Below the pieces are notes generated by a model. It worked only from the letters and a program-made list of their open reading frames with translations. It did no database searches and was not told the origin of the DNA. Below, piece by piece: positions 14,372-30,272 of a stretch of 64,000 nt of DNA. Positions within the stretch are counted from its first letter, which is position 1; the number at the start of each line of letters is the position of its first letter. Location of the stretch: the NCBI RefSeq assembly GCF_009914755.1, contig NC_060928.1. One strand, given 5' to 3'. The translations under genes and the position numbers were made by a program. The DNA comes from the human T2T-CHM13v2.0 reference genome, Homo sapiens.

Positions 14372-15664
14372 GTGTGTGCTTTTTAAATGTTCTCTTCTTT
14401 ATGAATGGAAGAGTGGGAAGCAGAAGCATGTGGTGTAGTATAAAATATCTACAGTCAGTGCTGTGGGAGCTGGACCACACAGGTCAGCTAACATATGTGG
14501 AGGGGGAGGCTGTTTAGCAGTGAACCAAATGGAGCTCCTTAGAATAACAGTGACTGCTACACAAATTTGGATTCAGCGTGAAGAAGAGAATCCTCATTTA
14601 TCCTTATATATTTTGAGTTCTCCTAGTGTGAGCTAGACATGTCAGACACTGGGATCAGTCCTTCTAGCTGTATATCCTTCCTTCCCTTGTTTTTTCTTCT
14701 TGACTTCTTTTGGTAGAGGAAAAAAATGCATACACTGTTAAACATAGGCAACTAGAGAAACCTCACTGAAAAGGGAGAGGGTGTTTTTATGTCTAGAGGT
14801 TTTCAAATGCTTCTGAATACTTCATAGTGTAATAGTTATCAAGTGTAAACTGCCTGTGGTTAGGACCTATAATTGACACCTTTTGTTATCACTTACACCT
14901 AGCAGGAGCTCAAGAAGTGTTCGCTGATGATGGTGAAGAACGTTATGTCCATTTATGGTCACTAACTTAGTGCTTTTCCCTTCCAATTGAGCTTGTACCT
15001 GTTGAGCTCTCCTATGTACATGGATTTTGATTTACTTGGATGAGAATCACTGTTGATTAAAGTTGTAAAAATAATTTTCATCTCAGATAGAAACTTCATC
15101 CCAGACTTCCGTGGTATCTTCAGATAGCACAGAAGGTTTTGTGAAGGTCAGGAAGGTTGTTGCTGAAGTCTTGACAGATGATATCTGGATCCCAGTTTAG
15201 AAAAACTTGGACTCTTGTTACAGGTGAGCAGAGCGGAGCGGAACTGTGATGCTCTAGGGCCAGCCTGCTGTTGGGGTTGACAGTTGTGAGTCCAGCTTTG
15301 TTGTGTGGGTTGTCAGAGTGTGGTGTCCCGTGTCCAAGGTTGTCTTTCTATCTTCTGCCAGGCCAGTTAACTCACCTGGGTCTGAGCCTCAGATTTACTA
15401 GCCACAGTTACTTGACCCCAGCACTTGATCCAATCAAAACAACAGCAAGAGAAATAGGGCAAGAATGAATCCATAGTTTAGAAAAACTTACTATCATCAT
15501 AAGATCAGCAATTCAAAGTACATCTTCTCACAGTGGAAAAGAGGACACCATTTCTTACGTTTTGATGGTAAGAAGGTAAAAGAGAATAACTTTGTCAGTT
15601 TTTCTGTTGTGTAGTCTAATACAGATTTTTCTCTTTTCTTTTTACCCTGTGGTTTACTAGATCC

Positions 15665-15730
15665 TTTTTTTTTTTTTTAGACAAGGTCTCGCTCTGTTGC
15701 TCAGACTGCAGTGCAGTGGCCTGACCGTGA
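15665..15730 (-). mobile_element. Alu 3' fragment
   Basis: Poly(T) + AGACAAGGTCTCGCTCTGTTGC. Confidence 0.8.
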
Positions 15731-15900
15731 TGTAACCGAGTACCCCTACTTTCCTAAGAGATGGTTTAATTATTTCTCTCTCTCTCCTTTTTCCCCCAGT
15801 TCCCCACTTCCCCTTTAGAAATGCAAATATAGCCTGTTATCTCCCCTTTAGCAGACTCTCCCTGTAGGGCAAGTTCATCTACCCGCTAACATGCCCAGCC
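15731..15900 (+). mobile_element. ERV1-class LTR 5' fragment (possibly LTR24-like)
   Basis: Begins TGTAACCGAGTACCCC; contains octamer ATGCAAAT at 15821-15828. Confidence 0.55.
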
Positions 15901-15933
15901 CTTAGAGACTTCTTATTTATGTCTCCTAAGTTA

Positions 15934-16317
<384 letters not shown>

Positions 16318-16672
16318 GTTGGGTGCTTAGTAGAATATCGGAAACTAAAGGCCACTGCCATGTGAAGAAAGCATTAATGAAAGACTTCAAAGTTTAGCCG
16401 GAAAGTAGTTTAACAAGTTCATCAAATTGGATTAATAAGCATTTACTGAATGTCTGCTACCTACCTCATATTTCTGACCTTGTGAGATAATTTTGTTGTC
16501 TAGTTAGTTGCTGAGTGCTAGTGTCAGACACAAAGCATGTGCTCAACAGATGGATTTTTATAAGAACAATTTTAAGTATCCAACTGACATTTTTAGGTCT
16601 GAAATTTCAAGCACAGTTTCCTAGAGAAGGGTCAGAGCTTTGCAATAGGTGGCATTAAGAACTAGAATAATG

Positions 16673-17195
<523 letters not shown>

Positions 17196-17516
17196 TTACT
17201 AATACAAATGTTCTTTGAGTAAAACAAACTCATTTAGTTACTCAAGGGGAAAAGGAAAAGAAACAGGAATTAGGGAGACTATTTACAGCCTCTTTGTGGC
17301 TTTTTCCTTTATTATGCTAATGTGATAAACTAATCCTCAGTCATTTGATAATGGATAATGGCATATAATATATTTACTGTCTTTAGAATATTCTTTTGCG
17401 TTTTAACTGGGGGATTTCAGTCATGGTGGCCACTGAGAAAAATACTTTTGAGGAAGGTGGCATTTTGAAAACCTTAAATCCTATCTGTGGTATAAGCGTT
17501 GTTTTACTTTAAATTC

Positions 17517-17818
17517 TTTTTTTTTTTTTTTGATACAGGATCTGGCTCTTTCGCCCAGATTGGAGGGCAGTGGTGCCATCTTGGCTCACTGCAACCTTCT
17601 CCTCCTGGGCTCAAGCCATCCTCCCACCTCCCACCTCACCCTCCCGAGTAGCTGGGACTACAGGTGTGCACCACTACACCCAGCTAATTTTTGTATTTTT
17701 GGTAGAGACGGGGTTTTGCTATGTTGCCCAGGCTGGTCTCAGATTTCTGAGCTCAAGTGATCCACCCGTCTTGGCCTCCCAAAGTGCTGGGATTACAGGT
17801 GTGAGTCATCTTGCCTGA
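17517..17818 (-). mobile_element. AluJ-like
   Basis: Antisense dimer; TSD CTTTAAATTC. Confidence 0.9.
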
Positions 17819-18237
17819 CTTAAATTCATTATTTTTTAATTTAGTTTTTTCCATAGGTTGCACAATCATATGATTTTAAAAAAAGTGTACAGAAAGGTAT
17901 ACAGTGAAAAAACATCTTCCCTCTAGGCAGCCACTATTAACAGTTTCTGTTTATTCCAGATATATTTGACATACATATAGGCACATACACACATGTATTC
18001 AAAAGGAGAAGTTTTTGATACATATAATATTGGTATGTGAACAGTGATTACACATAAAGGAAAGTTTTTCTCTGTATAATCTGTCGTGATGGAACTATTA
18101 AGATCAGTCAGCATAAGATGAAGTTGTATATGAATAGTGATAACTTCAAAGTGTGAAGGTACAATGCATGATTAAACCTGGGACAAAAAACAATGCTAAT
18201 CAAGTGTACCCAGGAAATGACAAAAGTGTGTATTTGG

Positions 18238-18544
<307 letters not shown>

Positions 18545-18871
18545 ACAAAAGTGTGTATTTGAATTTAGCAAAATCATCTAAAGGAAGCAATATGTGTTCT
18601 TCTAAGTTTTAAAAACCAACAAAATGGGTCCAGAGTACATGTACCGTTTGAGATTTGACTTACCAGTGAGTATATGAGATGACTCATAGGAGCTAGGATT
18701 AGAAAGGTAGTGTTGGCCAGGTTGTGGAAATGCCGTGGAGTAGAACTGAATTTTAGTCTTCAGGCATGGTCACTGTTGGCATTTTCTGAGCCCAGGAGTG
18801 ATAGCATCAGAGCTGGGCTTTGAAACGTTGAATGGATATGTGATTGGGATGGACTTAAAAGGAGAAATACT

Positions 18872-18989
18872 GGCCGAGTGCAGTGGCTCACGCCTGTAAT
18901 CCCAGCACTTTGGGAGGCCGAGCCAAGATCGCACCACTGCACTCCAGCCTGGGTGATAGAGTGAGACTGTGTCTCGGGAAAAAAAAAAA
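18872..18989 (+). mobile_element. Alu with large internal deletion
   Basis: Head joined directly to tail; TSD GAGAAATACTG. Confidence 0.88.
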
Positions 18990-19797
18990 GAGAAATACTG
19001 TGTAGCTGCAATGATAAAAAGTGAGAGTTAATGAAGCTGTGTGAATGGAGACAACAGACAGTACATTCAAAAGTGAGTGAGACTTTTCTTTGATACAATT
19101 CTCATTAATTATCATTACAATAGGTTCAAGAATATTCTCAGGAGGGTCCTAACATTCCTTTTAAACAATAAATTCAACCCCAAACCAAAGGATCCCACAA
19201 TATATAGCAGCAGATGTATCCTAGGAAAGTCTTCCAAGTTGAATGTTCTACTTGGCGCCTTCTTAATTCTGGTCATTCCCAGGGGATTTATTTCTCACTC
19301 TTGAATCTTCAGCTGCTTTTGTTTTTGAAGCATACGATGTCTCATCGGTAATGGTAATTGACTGTTGCCTTCCTAAAAATATCTTAGGCTTCGTTTCCCA
19401 ACCATATCATTTTGGGGATAGGAAGTGCCCTAGATTCCTTAAAATGTGGGATTCTTTATAGTCAGAATGGTACACGTGGTTGTGCTAAAAAGGTGACGCA
19501 GCAAGTTTGGTGCCGAGCGTTCAGGACACAGAAAATGCACAGTGTCTGTGGAAGGCTGTTAGGACTGAAATAATTGCATACCACCTTGCCAGCATTTTTA
19601 ACATTGCAACTGTACTTTTGAAGGAAAAAGATTGCAAACTCAGAACCTGTATTTTTATCCTTCACTGCTGTAGGTCACCTATGCCACCTAGGTTGCTTGG
19701 TTGAATGGGGATGACAGGTAGGTAGGCAGCCCTTCGCAGGGGCACTCCTGGATACCCTAAGGGCCGGGATTTAGGTCTAAGTCACACCCTGCTTTAG

Positions 19798-20328
<531 letters not shown>

Positions 20329-21000
20329 TAGCCACAAGCTGGATGTAAAGAAAAATGAATATGGTAACTCCAAGTAAAATGCTTCTGAAGCAAAGAGGGG
20401 AGCAAGGAATTGTGCATCCTTAGGATAAGACACATAACTTGTTTATTAGGCTACTAGGATCTATTCAATAGACTTTCTATTTTAGTGTAGAATATACCTC
20501 TTGGAAAATTAGATAAATATTTTACAAATACTCATTGCTAAAGTAACCTGAATTTCTGTAGTTCTCACCCACCTGTATATACGGGTGAGTTTACATAAAT
20601 TAAACTAATTTTAAAGTTTTTTTAATGAGGTTCTGATCTCATACAGAACCTCATCCTCTTGCAGTACTCCTACCTTCTTGCTCTGCCACCCCATCAGCAT
20701 TTCTGGGAGCCCACAGACAGTGTCCCATGTATTTGGGGATAATCTCAACTTACATTCTTCCATTCCTGGTGCTTGCAAAGCACTGGAGAGAGGTCCCTGT
20801 GCTATGCCGCCACTGCCAGTCTGTGAGAAAGACGTTCCCTGTTGGGGTACTCCTGTCTCAGTCCTCCAGAGCTGAATGTCTGGAGGGCCTTGGTCCGTCT
20901 TTCGGGGTTTATCTAAGCCAAGGCCACATGTATGCTTTATAGAAGCTGGCAGGCTAGCCCTGTTTCTCTCACTTAGGCATGTTTTTAAAAAATGTTTTTG

Positions 21001-21443
<443 letters not shown>

Positions 21444-21992
21444 CTAGTCCCCAACCTTGAGCTGCTACACATAAGTCACCTCCCACAAGGCCTCTTCCTC
21501 TTATGTAAATCAACTCATAAAAATATATACCCGAGGGCTGCTTGCAGGCTGCCAATTTGTTATACATGAAATTAACATCTTAACTGTTCCAGATATTTCC
21601 ATGTGTTTTTCCTGAAGCAGAGTTGTTAATCTTTTTTTTTTTTTTCTGATTTTTTTCCATTTCACTGAACCTTTCTTTTTTTCTGAAACTGCAACCGCTA
21701 GATAGCTCAGAAAGTTGGATGTTTCCCAGATTTGCATTTGGGTCATTCTTGAGGTCTCATTCTTCATTCTGTTACTTTAGGGCAGTCTCAACTTTGGCCT
21801 CCTACAATAATCATCCCTGTCTATATTGAGGACTTAAGAGATTTATTCCTGAGGTTCAGATCTAGTTTTGGGCCTCAGACTTATTTATTCAACTGCTTAA
21901 CTTGACATTTCCACCTGGCAGTCCCAGTGGTACCCGAAGCTTGAGTCTGTGACATCTTATGACCAGTGTCTGTCTCTGTTCCTCTTGTTTCT

Positions 21993-22142
21993 TTTTTTTC
22001 TTTAAATTTTATTAGTATTATACTTTAAGTTTTAGGGTACTTGTGCACAATGTGCAGGTTTGTTACATATGTATACATGTGCCATGTTGGTGTGCTGCAC
22101 CCATTAACTCGTCATTTAGCATTAGGTATATCTCCTAATGCT
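21993..22142 (-). mobile_element. Young L1PA 3' end, severely 5'-truncated (150 bp)
   Basis: TTATACTTTAAGTTTTAGGGTAC...TAGGTATATCTCCTAATGCT; 16-bp TSD TGTTCCTCTTGTTTCT. Confidence 0.92.
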
Positions 22143-22206
22143 TGTTCCTCTTGTTTCTGTGTCAGTGAATAGCACCTCTGAAAGTCAGGTCCCACAACTG
22201 AGTCCC

Positions 22207-22504
22207 TTTTTTTTTTTTTTTTTTGAGATGGAGTCTCGCTCTGTCACCCAGGCTGGGGTGCAGTGTGCGATCGCGGCTTACTACAACCTCTGCCTGCCAG
22301 GTTCAAGCAATTCTCCTGCCTCAGCCTCCCAAGTAGCTGGGATAAGGGTGCCCACCACCACGCCTGGCTAAATTTTTGTATTTTTAGTAGAGACGGGGTT
22401 TCACCATGTTAGCCAGGATGGTCTCGATCTCCTGACCTTGTGATCCGCCCACCTCGGCCTCCCAAAGTGCTGGGATTACAGGCGTGAGCCACTGCGCCCG
22501 GCCT
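22207..22504 (-). mobile_element. AluS/Y
   Basis: Antisense dimer; TSD AACTGAGTCC. Confidence 0.92.
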
Positions 22505-22582
22505 AACTGAGTCCTTCTTGACATCTTCTCCTTATACCCCATAGGCACTCCATCAAGTCCTGTCCTTTTACCTCTTTTGTGA

Positions 22583-23177
<595 letters not shown>

Positions 23178-23630
23178 GTGCCTGCCCTTATTTCTTGAGT
23201 ATCTTGCATTCATCTACTTCTTTCAGTCTTTCCTGCTTGGTCTTAGCTACCGTCATGTCCCACCTAGATGACTGTAACAACCTTTCAATTGGTCTCTGCC
23301 TCCATGTTGGCTCCCTCTTCCATTGATTCTTTTGAAAATGCAAGCCTAATCAAATTCCTCTTCAGCAGCATGTTTGTTTAAAATCTTTCAGTAACTTCCT
23401 GCTCTTCCTAGCTCTCTAGCCTAATCTCCAGTCATAATTACCCTCACTCCTCATGCTCCACCCTCAGTCCTCATAGTGCCGGGCTTTTTCTGTCTGTAGG
23501 GACTTTATATATTGTTTCTCCTGCCTTGAGCATGCTGCTGCCCCCTTTACCTAGTTAACTTCTCTTCCTTTATACCGCAGTCATCAGTTTTGCAGGGAAG
23601 CTTTTCCTATCTTTCAACTTACATATTCTT

Positions 23631-24202
23631 ATAGCACCATATACTTCTCCTTCACTGTAGATATATAGCACCATATACCCCTCCTTCACGGTAGGTATAT
23701 AGCGCCATATACCCCTCCTTCACGGTAGATATATAGCACCATATATCCCTCCTTCATGGTAGATATATAGCACCATATACCCCCCATTCACTGTAGGTAT
23801 ACAGCACCATATACCCCTCCTTCACGGTAGGTATTCAGCTCCATATAACCCTCCTTCATGGCAGGTATTCAGAGCCATATACCCCTCCTTCACTGTAGGT
23901 ATACAGCACCATATACTCCTCGTTCACTGTAGGTATACAGCACCATATAACCCTCCTTCATGGCAGGTATTCAGTGCCATATACCCCTCCCTCACGGTAG
24001 GTATACAGCGCCCTATACCCCTCCCTCGCGGTAGGTATTCAGCGCCCTATACCCCTCCCTTGCGGTAGGTATTCAGCGCCCTATACCCCTCCCTCTCGGT
24101 AGGTTTACAGCGCCGTATACCCCTCCCTCGCGGTAGGTATACAGCGCCCTATACCCCCTTCGTGGTAGCTATACAGCGGCATATACCGCTCCTTCACTGT
24201 AG
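23631..24202 (+). repeat. 34-bp minisatellite (about 17 copies; consensus ATAGCACCATATACCCCTCCTTCACGGTAGGTAT)
   Basis: Period 34 read directly (unit starts 23631, 23665, ...). Confidence 0.95.
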
Positions 24203-24389
24203 TTGTCACAGTTGTAATTTTATACTCATTTGGATGGCTCCTGGTGTTTCCTTTTCATTAGTTATTGAACTCCATATGAAGGCAGAAACTTCCCTCTGTG
24301 TCTTTAAGGCCTAGTTGGATGATTTAGTAGGTAAGAAGTACATATTTAAAAGAATGAATAACTGGGAATGAGTAAAGCATAGGCATGAA

Positions 24390-24600
24390 GAGAATGGATT
24401 TGGAGTTAGTCATTGGTCTGAATGTGAATCTTGGCTCTCCCCTAATAACTGTGACAGTGGGCAGCTTGCTTAAGGGAGAAGTCTCTTCATCTGAAAAAAG
24501 GATATAGTAAATACTTTCAAAGGTTCTTTGGAACAATGTGATAGCATATGTAAAATAAATAATATAATGCTTTGGATATGGAAGATGTTAAGTGGTAGCT
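24390..24600 (+). mobile_element. MIR
   Basis: GAATCTTGGCTCT...CTGTGACAGTGGGCAG...CTTCATCTGAAAAA core. Confidence 0.65.
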
Positions 24601-25130
24601 TTTACACTTACTTTTTACAAACCTTTTTATTATACAATAAAGAATGCAGATTCAGAAAATCCAACCAAATAGATGTATAGATGGATGAATGATTATGGAG
24701 AGAAAACCCTGTAACTTCCAGAAACCCCATACACCCCTTTGTATCTCCACCCCAATATCAGCACCTTCTCTCCCACCTTAGCAACCTCGTCTTGACTTTA
24801 TAGGAATCACTTCCTTGCATGTCATTATAGTTTTATCGCTCAAATGTGCATTAGTGAACATAATAGTTTAGTCTTGTCTCTTTAAAAAAAAAAGTTTCCC
24901 TTCTATCCTTTTATTTTCTTTAGCTTATCTACTGAAAAACTTAGAGGATTTGTCCTGTAGAGTGTCCTGTAGTCTGGATTTTGCTGATTGCACATCAGTG
25001 GTGCAGTTCAACATGCTCCTCTGTGTGCTCTGTGTCCTGCAAATTGACAGTGGGTCCAGAGGCCTGCTCAAACTCCTGTTTGATTCCTTTGGCAAAACTT
25101 TGGCTAGTGGTGTGCTCTTAGAAGTCACGG

Positions 25131-25364
25131 TGGCCGGGGGCGGCGGCTCACGCCTGTGATCCCAGCACTTTGGGAGGCCGAGAAGGGTAGGACCATCCTG
25201 CCTAACACGGTGAAACCCTGTCTCTACTAAAAAATACAAAAAATTAGCCGGGCGTGGTGGCAGGCACCTGTAGTCCCAGGTACTCAGGAGGCTGAGGCAG
25301 GAGAATGGCATGAACCTGGGAGGCAGAGCTTGCAGTGAGCCGAGATCGTGCCGAAAAAAAAAAA
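25131..25364 (+). mobile_element. AluY-like with two internal deletions
   Basis: Head and poly(A) present; TSD AAGTCA. Confidence 0.88.
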
Positions 25365-25682
25365 AGTCATGTTGTACCTGGTTCTCTTTCCTTTTGTGAT
25401 ATTAGTAGCTGTTGACACTCAATACCTAGATCCATTAATTTATTAGGAGTGACAAGATGGAGATATTTTGTCATTTTTCAGTTATTGACTTAAATACTTT
25501 TAGAAGAGTATTGTCTTTTGTCCCTCGTGTACTCTTCGGTTACATAAAGGTACAGTTCGGTAGAAAAGCTGGATGAAACCTTGATTCTTCACTTTACCAG
25601 TTTCCACAATGAGTTGGTTCCTTATCCTCTGAAGGTGACCAATTCCCCCATTGGGTGTTTTTAAAAAATATTATTATGAATT

Positions 25683-25965
<283 letters not shown>

Positions 25966-26252
25966 TATATATATATAAAAATATATAGATATAAATATAT
26001 AAATATATAAAAATATATAGATATATAAAAATATATAAAAATATATAGATATATAAATATATAAATATATAGATATATAAATATATAAATATATAAATAT
26101 ATAGATATATAAATAGATATATAAATATACATATATATAAATATATATAAGTATATATAAATATATAAATATGTAAATATATAGATATATAAATTTATAT
26201 AAGTGTATATAGATATAAAAATATATATAAGTATATATAAAAATATATAAAT
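25966..26252 (+). repeat. AT-rich low-complexity tandem array expanded from the Alu tail
   Basis: (ATATAA/ATATAG)n directly after the Alu and inside its TSD. Confidence 0.92.
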
Positions 26253-26631
26253 AATTATGAATTCATGGGTTTGAACATATTTGATGGGTTTCAATAAGTT
26301 GTGATTAATATTTTTTTTGAAGCCTGTGTTATCCCATCTTTGGCCAGTGGGAGCCCTTTTTAGTTGACTCTTGCATCCTTTGGACATAACCCTTGTGGTC
26401 TTTGAGTGTTTTCTTGCTATGTGGTATAACAAAATGTTTCAGGCTCATTTTGAATGTCTTCTGCTTATATCTGGAATTAACCATTTCTCCAAGAGGAGCC
26501 CTGTTTGTTTTTTTAAAGTGGGAAATGGCATTTCAAGAAGTCATTCAGAGTGTCAGGGAGGCTTGTTGCTATTGGACTGGTCATTGTTTCTTGACTTCCT
26601 CTATGGAAGGATCTGAAAAAAATACATATGA

Positions 26632-26995
<364 letters not shown>

Positions 26996-27249
26996 AGTAT
27001 ATTCTCTCTTCTTAAAGGCCAGTGACACTTCCTTTGAACACTGCTTTGTAATCCTCTATGTCATTTGCTTAGCATGGCATATGTTGGCATTGTTAATGGG
27101 TTCAGGGAAATCATTCCTGTGGCCCCAGTTTGATTGATTTCACTGTAATCTATGGCTATGAATACAGTGGACAAATAGGTGTATTACAGGAGTTATGTAA
27201 TGTGAACGTCGTGAAGTGAATCCCTTAGTAATCGGTAGAGCTAAACTTA

Positions 27250-27470
27250 ACATTTCTTGCACCTGCTGTTTGCGGGTGTATTAACTGCATTACGTTACCC
27301 AGTTTAATTCTTACATCAATCATGGGAGGTAGGGACTGTTATTCTCATGTTGTGGATGGGAAAACTGAGGTTTAGTGAGGTTAAACCATGTGCTCAGGCT
27401 ATAAAATCAGTGAAAGAACTAAGAATTAAACCCACGTCTCTCTTAATTAACTCTGGAGTCTACACACTTA
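27250..27470 (-). mobile_element. MIR
   Basis: GATGGGAAAACTGAGGTTTAG core. Confidence 0.65.
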
Positions 27471-28020
27471 AACACTTTATTACCCTTTTAATTATTAAAA
27501 ATTAGTCTGGCCTGATTCAGATTTAAAACAACTTGGGAAGCTTTGGGATGATTCTAGGATCTGCTTAGGACTTAATGTCACTTCAGAGGTCTCAGAATGA
27601 ACTTGAATGATGTCACAGCTGTCCCTTCTGTGCTCAGGAGGATCTTTACTAATCAAGTAAGGCACCTGGTTGTGACTGCAGACTCTCTCTCAATACAGCA
27701 TTCCAGGCAGCCGCTGAAAATTCACCGAGTTGGCACATAGCGTGAAACCCATCAGGCATTTTGACTGAGAACCTAGTAGAATGGCGGTGGTGCCTTTTGG
27801 ATTCTGCGATCACTTTTTCTGCGGCTGTATTACTCTGTCATCACTGCATTATAACAGCCAGGCATATACTTTTTTAGTCTCTCTGGTAAAAATCAGTGTT
27901 TCCCAAACTGTGATTCATTAACACTTAGTTCTGGGAGATGCTTTTAGGTACACTGCAAAAACAAAGAAGAGGAAGCTTGGGAGGCTAGTTTGGTGGTCAC
28001 ATAAGTCTGAAAAAACTAAA

Positions 28021-28332
<312 letters not shown>

Positions 28333-29189
28333 TAATTCTTAAAGCTTTACAACATGTGTTATTAAATTAACATTGTAAGAAATCCTACTGTAAAGAAATC
28401 TGCTTAGCTTTTTAATCCAATGTTTTCTAAACATGACTGATTCCTGTATCCCCTTCCTTTTATTTTTAAACAATAAGGAGATGTATTCTCTTAAGAAAGA
28501 ATACACAGTCCAGAGAGAGGACAAGCTCAGGGCTAGGGCAGGCTCCATGTGGAGACCATTGAGCCTCCAGGACCATTTCTCTGTGTTTTTTAGCCCCGTG
28601 AGTCGGAAGAGCTTGCGGGCTGTTGACCAGGTGACTGTATCAGTTTTAGGCACCACAGCCACGCAGGATGATACCCAGAAGAAGAAAGTCCCTTTTTGGA
28701 GCAAGGAAAATGTGCTCAGAAATGCTTCTGGCAGTGTTCCCCTCACATCTTACTGGCCAGGTTTGGGCAGGTGCCCGTTTGTTACCCGTTGTTGGCATGG
28801 GGGACAGGATTTCTGTCATTGGCCTAGGCCAGTCATTTATCTTTCTTGTTTTGTTTCCCTTACCTCATTGTGTAGAGAACTAGGCCAGTCACTTAGAGAG
28901 GAGGGAGGTTGTGGGTTCACAACACTTGGCCTGTGTCAAGGTCTTCAAGACAGGGCTGCCTTACCTTTTTAGCCTTCACTTGTATTCCTCTTCTTCAAGC
29001 TGAACTACTTGCTGTTCCCGAGTTTACCATTGGGTGGGTGTGCATTCACCCGGGAAGGACTTTGCCTGCATTTGTGTATGTTCAGCTCTACTTGTTAAAG
29101 GTCCAGCTCAATTGCCCTTCCATCCAGGCAGCTTCATTATGTTCTTCGTTTCTGCTCAGTAAGCATGCATTTATTGTGGGCAGGAGAGG

Positions 29190-29960
29190 GAGAGATCTAG
29201 GTAATTCCAGGTTTCTGGCTTGGGGGTTAAATGTGTACAGGTGCCCTTTGTGCAGGTTTGGGACGGTGGGATTTAAGGATGTGGTACATGTTGGCCATGT
29301 AGATTTTGAGATGCCTGTGGATCTGTCCAGCTGGCGGCTAGGTCTGCAGGCGTGCAGTTTGCAGGAGAGATCAGGGTTAAGCAGGTCAATTTGTTGGTGG
29401 TCAGTGTACACGTGACAGTTAAGGCTACAGGGGAATGAGACTGCCGAGAGCAGTAGGATGGCTGAGAAGCAGCGAGTCCAAGCGCAGGCAAGGGAGGAGC
29501 AGCCCACCAAGGAGAGAAAGAGCATTTAGAGGCCGTGAGATGAAGAGAGAAGCTCAGAGAGTAAGAGGGAGCAGATGGCCAACAGTATCCAGTGGGGCAG
29601 AGAGGTGCAGAGGGAGGACCGAGGGTGTGCCCCGGACTTGGCAACTGGGAGGCCTTTGGAGGTCCATGCCAGTGTGGTTTGGGGGTGGGACTGGAGAGGT
29701 TTACAGTGTGTGGCCTGTGCTCTGTAGAAGCCTGGCTGAGAAGGCCAGAAGAGAAAGTGGTACCTAGAGGGGAGTGTGTGTTATGGGATTTTTGTTGTTG
29801 TCAGGGAGAGATATTTAAGCACATTTTTAGGTTAAGGGAAAGATGGAAAAGTAGAGAGGAAGGGCCTGAACATCTCAGAGATAGATTGTAATTGATGGAG
29901 ACATGCCTGGGGGGCAGGATCAGAGCATAGGTGGGGGCATTCGACTTTAGTAGGAGATAA
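29190..29960 (-). mobile_element. L2 fragment
   Basis: TCCAGGTTTCTGGCTTGG, TTTGAGATGCCTGTGG motifs; purine-rich. Confidence 0.6.
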
Positions 29961-30099
29961 AAATGGGGGCACATGGAGAGAACTTCGTGGAGGTTGGCAG
30001 GGAATTAAGGTATTTCAAGCTGGATAGTCTCAAATATTTTGGTAAGCGGGAGACGAAATTAATTACTGATAGTGAGAACTATGATACGTGTAGAGGATA

Positions 30100-30272
30100 A
30101 TTTTTTTATTTTTATTTTATTTTTTTTAGACAGCATCTTGCTCTATAGCCCAGGCTAGAGTGCAGAGGAGGATTGTGGCTCATTGCAGCCTTTACCTCTT
30201 GACCTCAAGCAGTCCTCCTGCCTCAGCCTCCCAGAGTGCCAGGATTACAGGTGTGAGCCACTGTGCTGTGCC
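30100..30272 (-). mobile_element. Alu monomer-like
   Basis: Antisense single arm. Confidence 0.82.

Noticed and set aside
23631-24202. CRISPR-like periodicity
   Set aside because: Head-to-tail units without unique spacers, in primate DNA; it is a minisatellite
28433-29525. 135-179 aa ORFs in intron 1
   Set aside because: No recognisable domain or splice support; partly L2-derived
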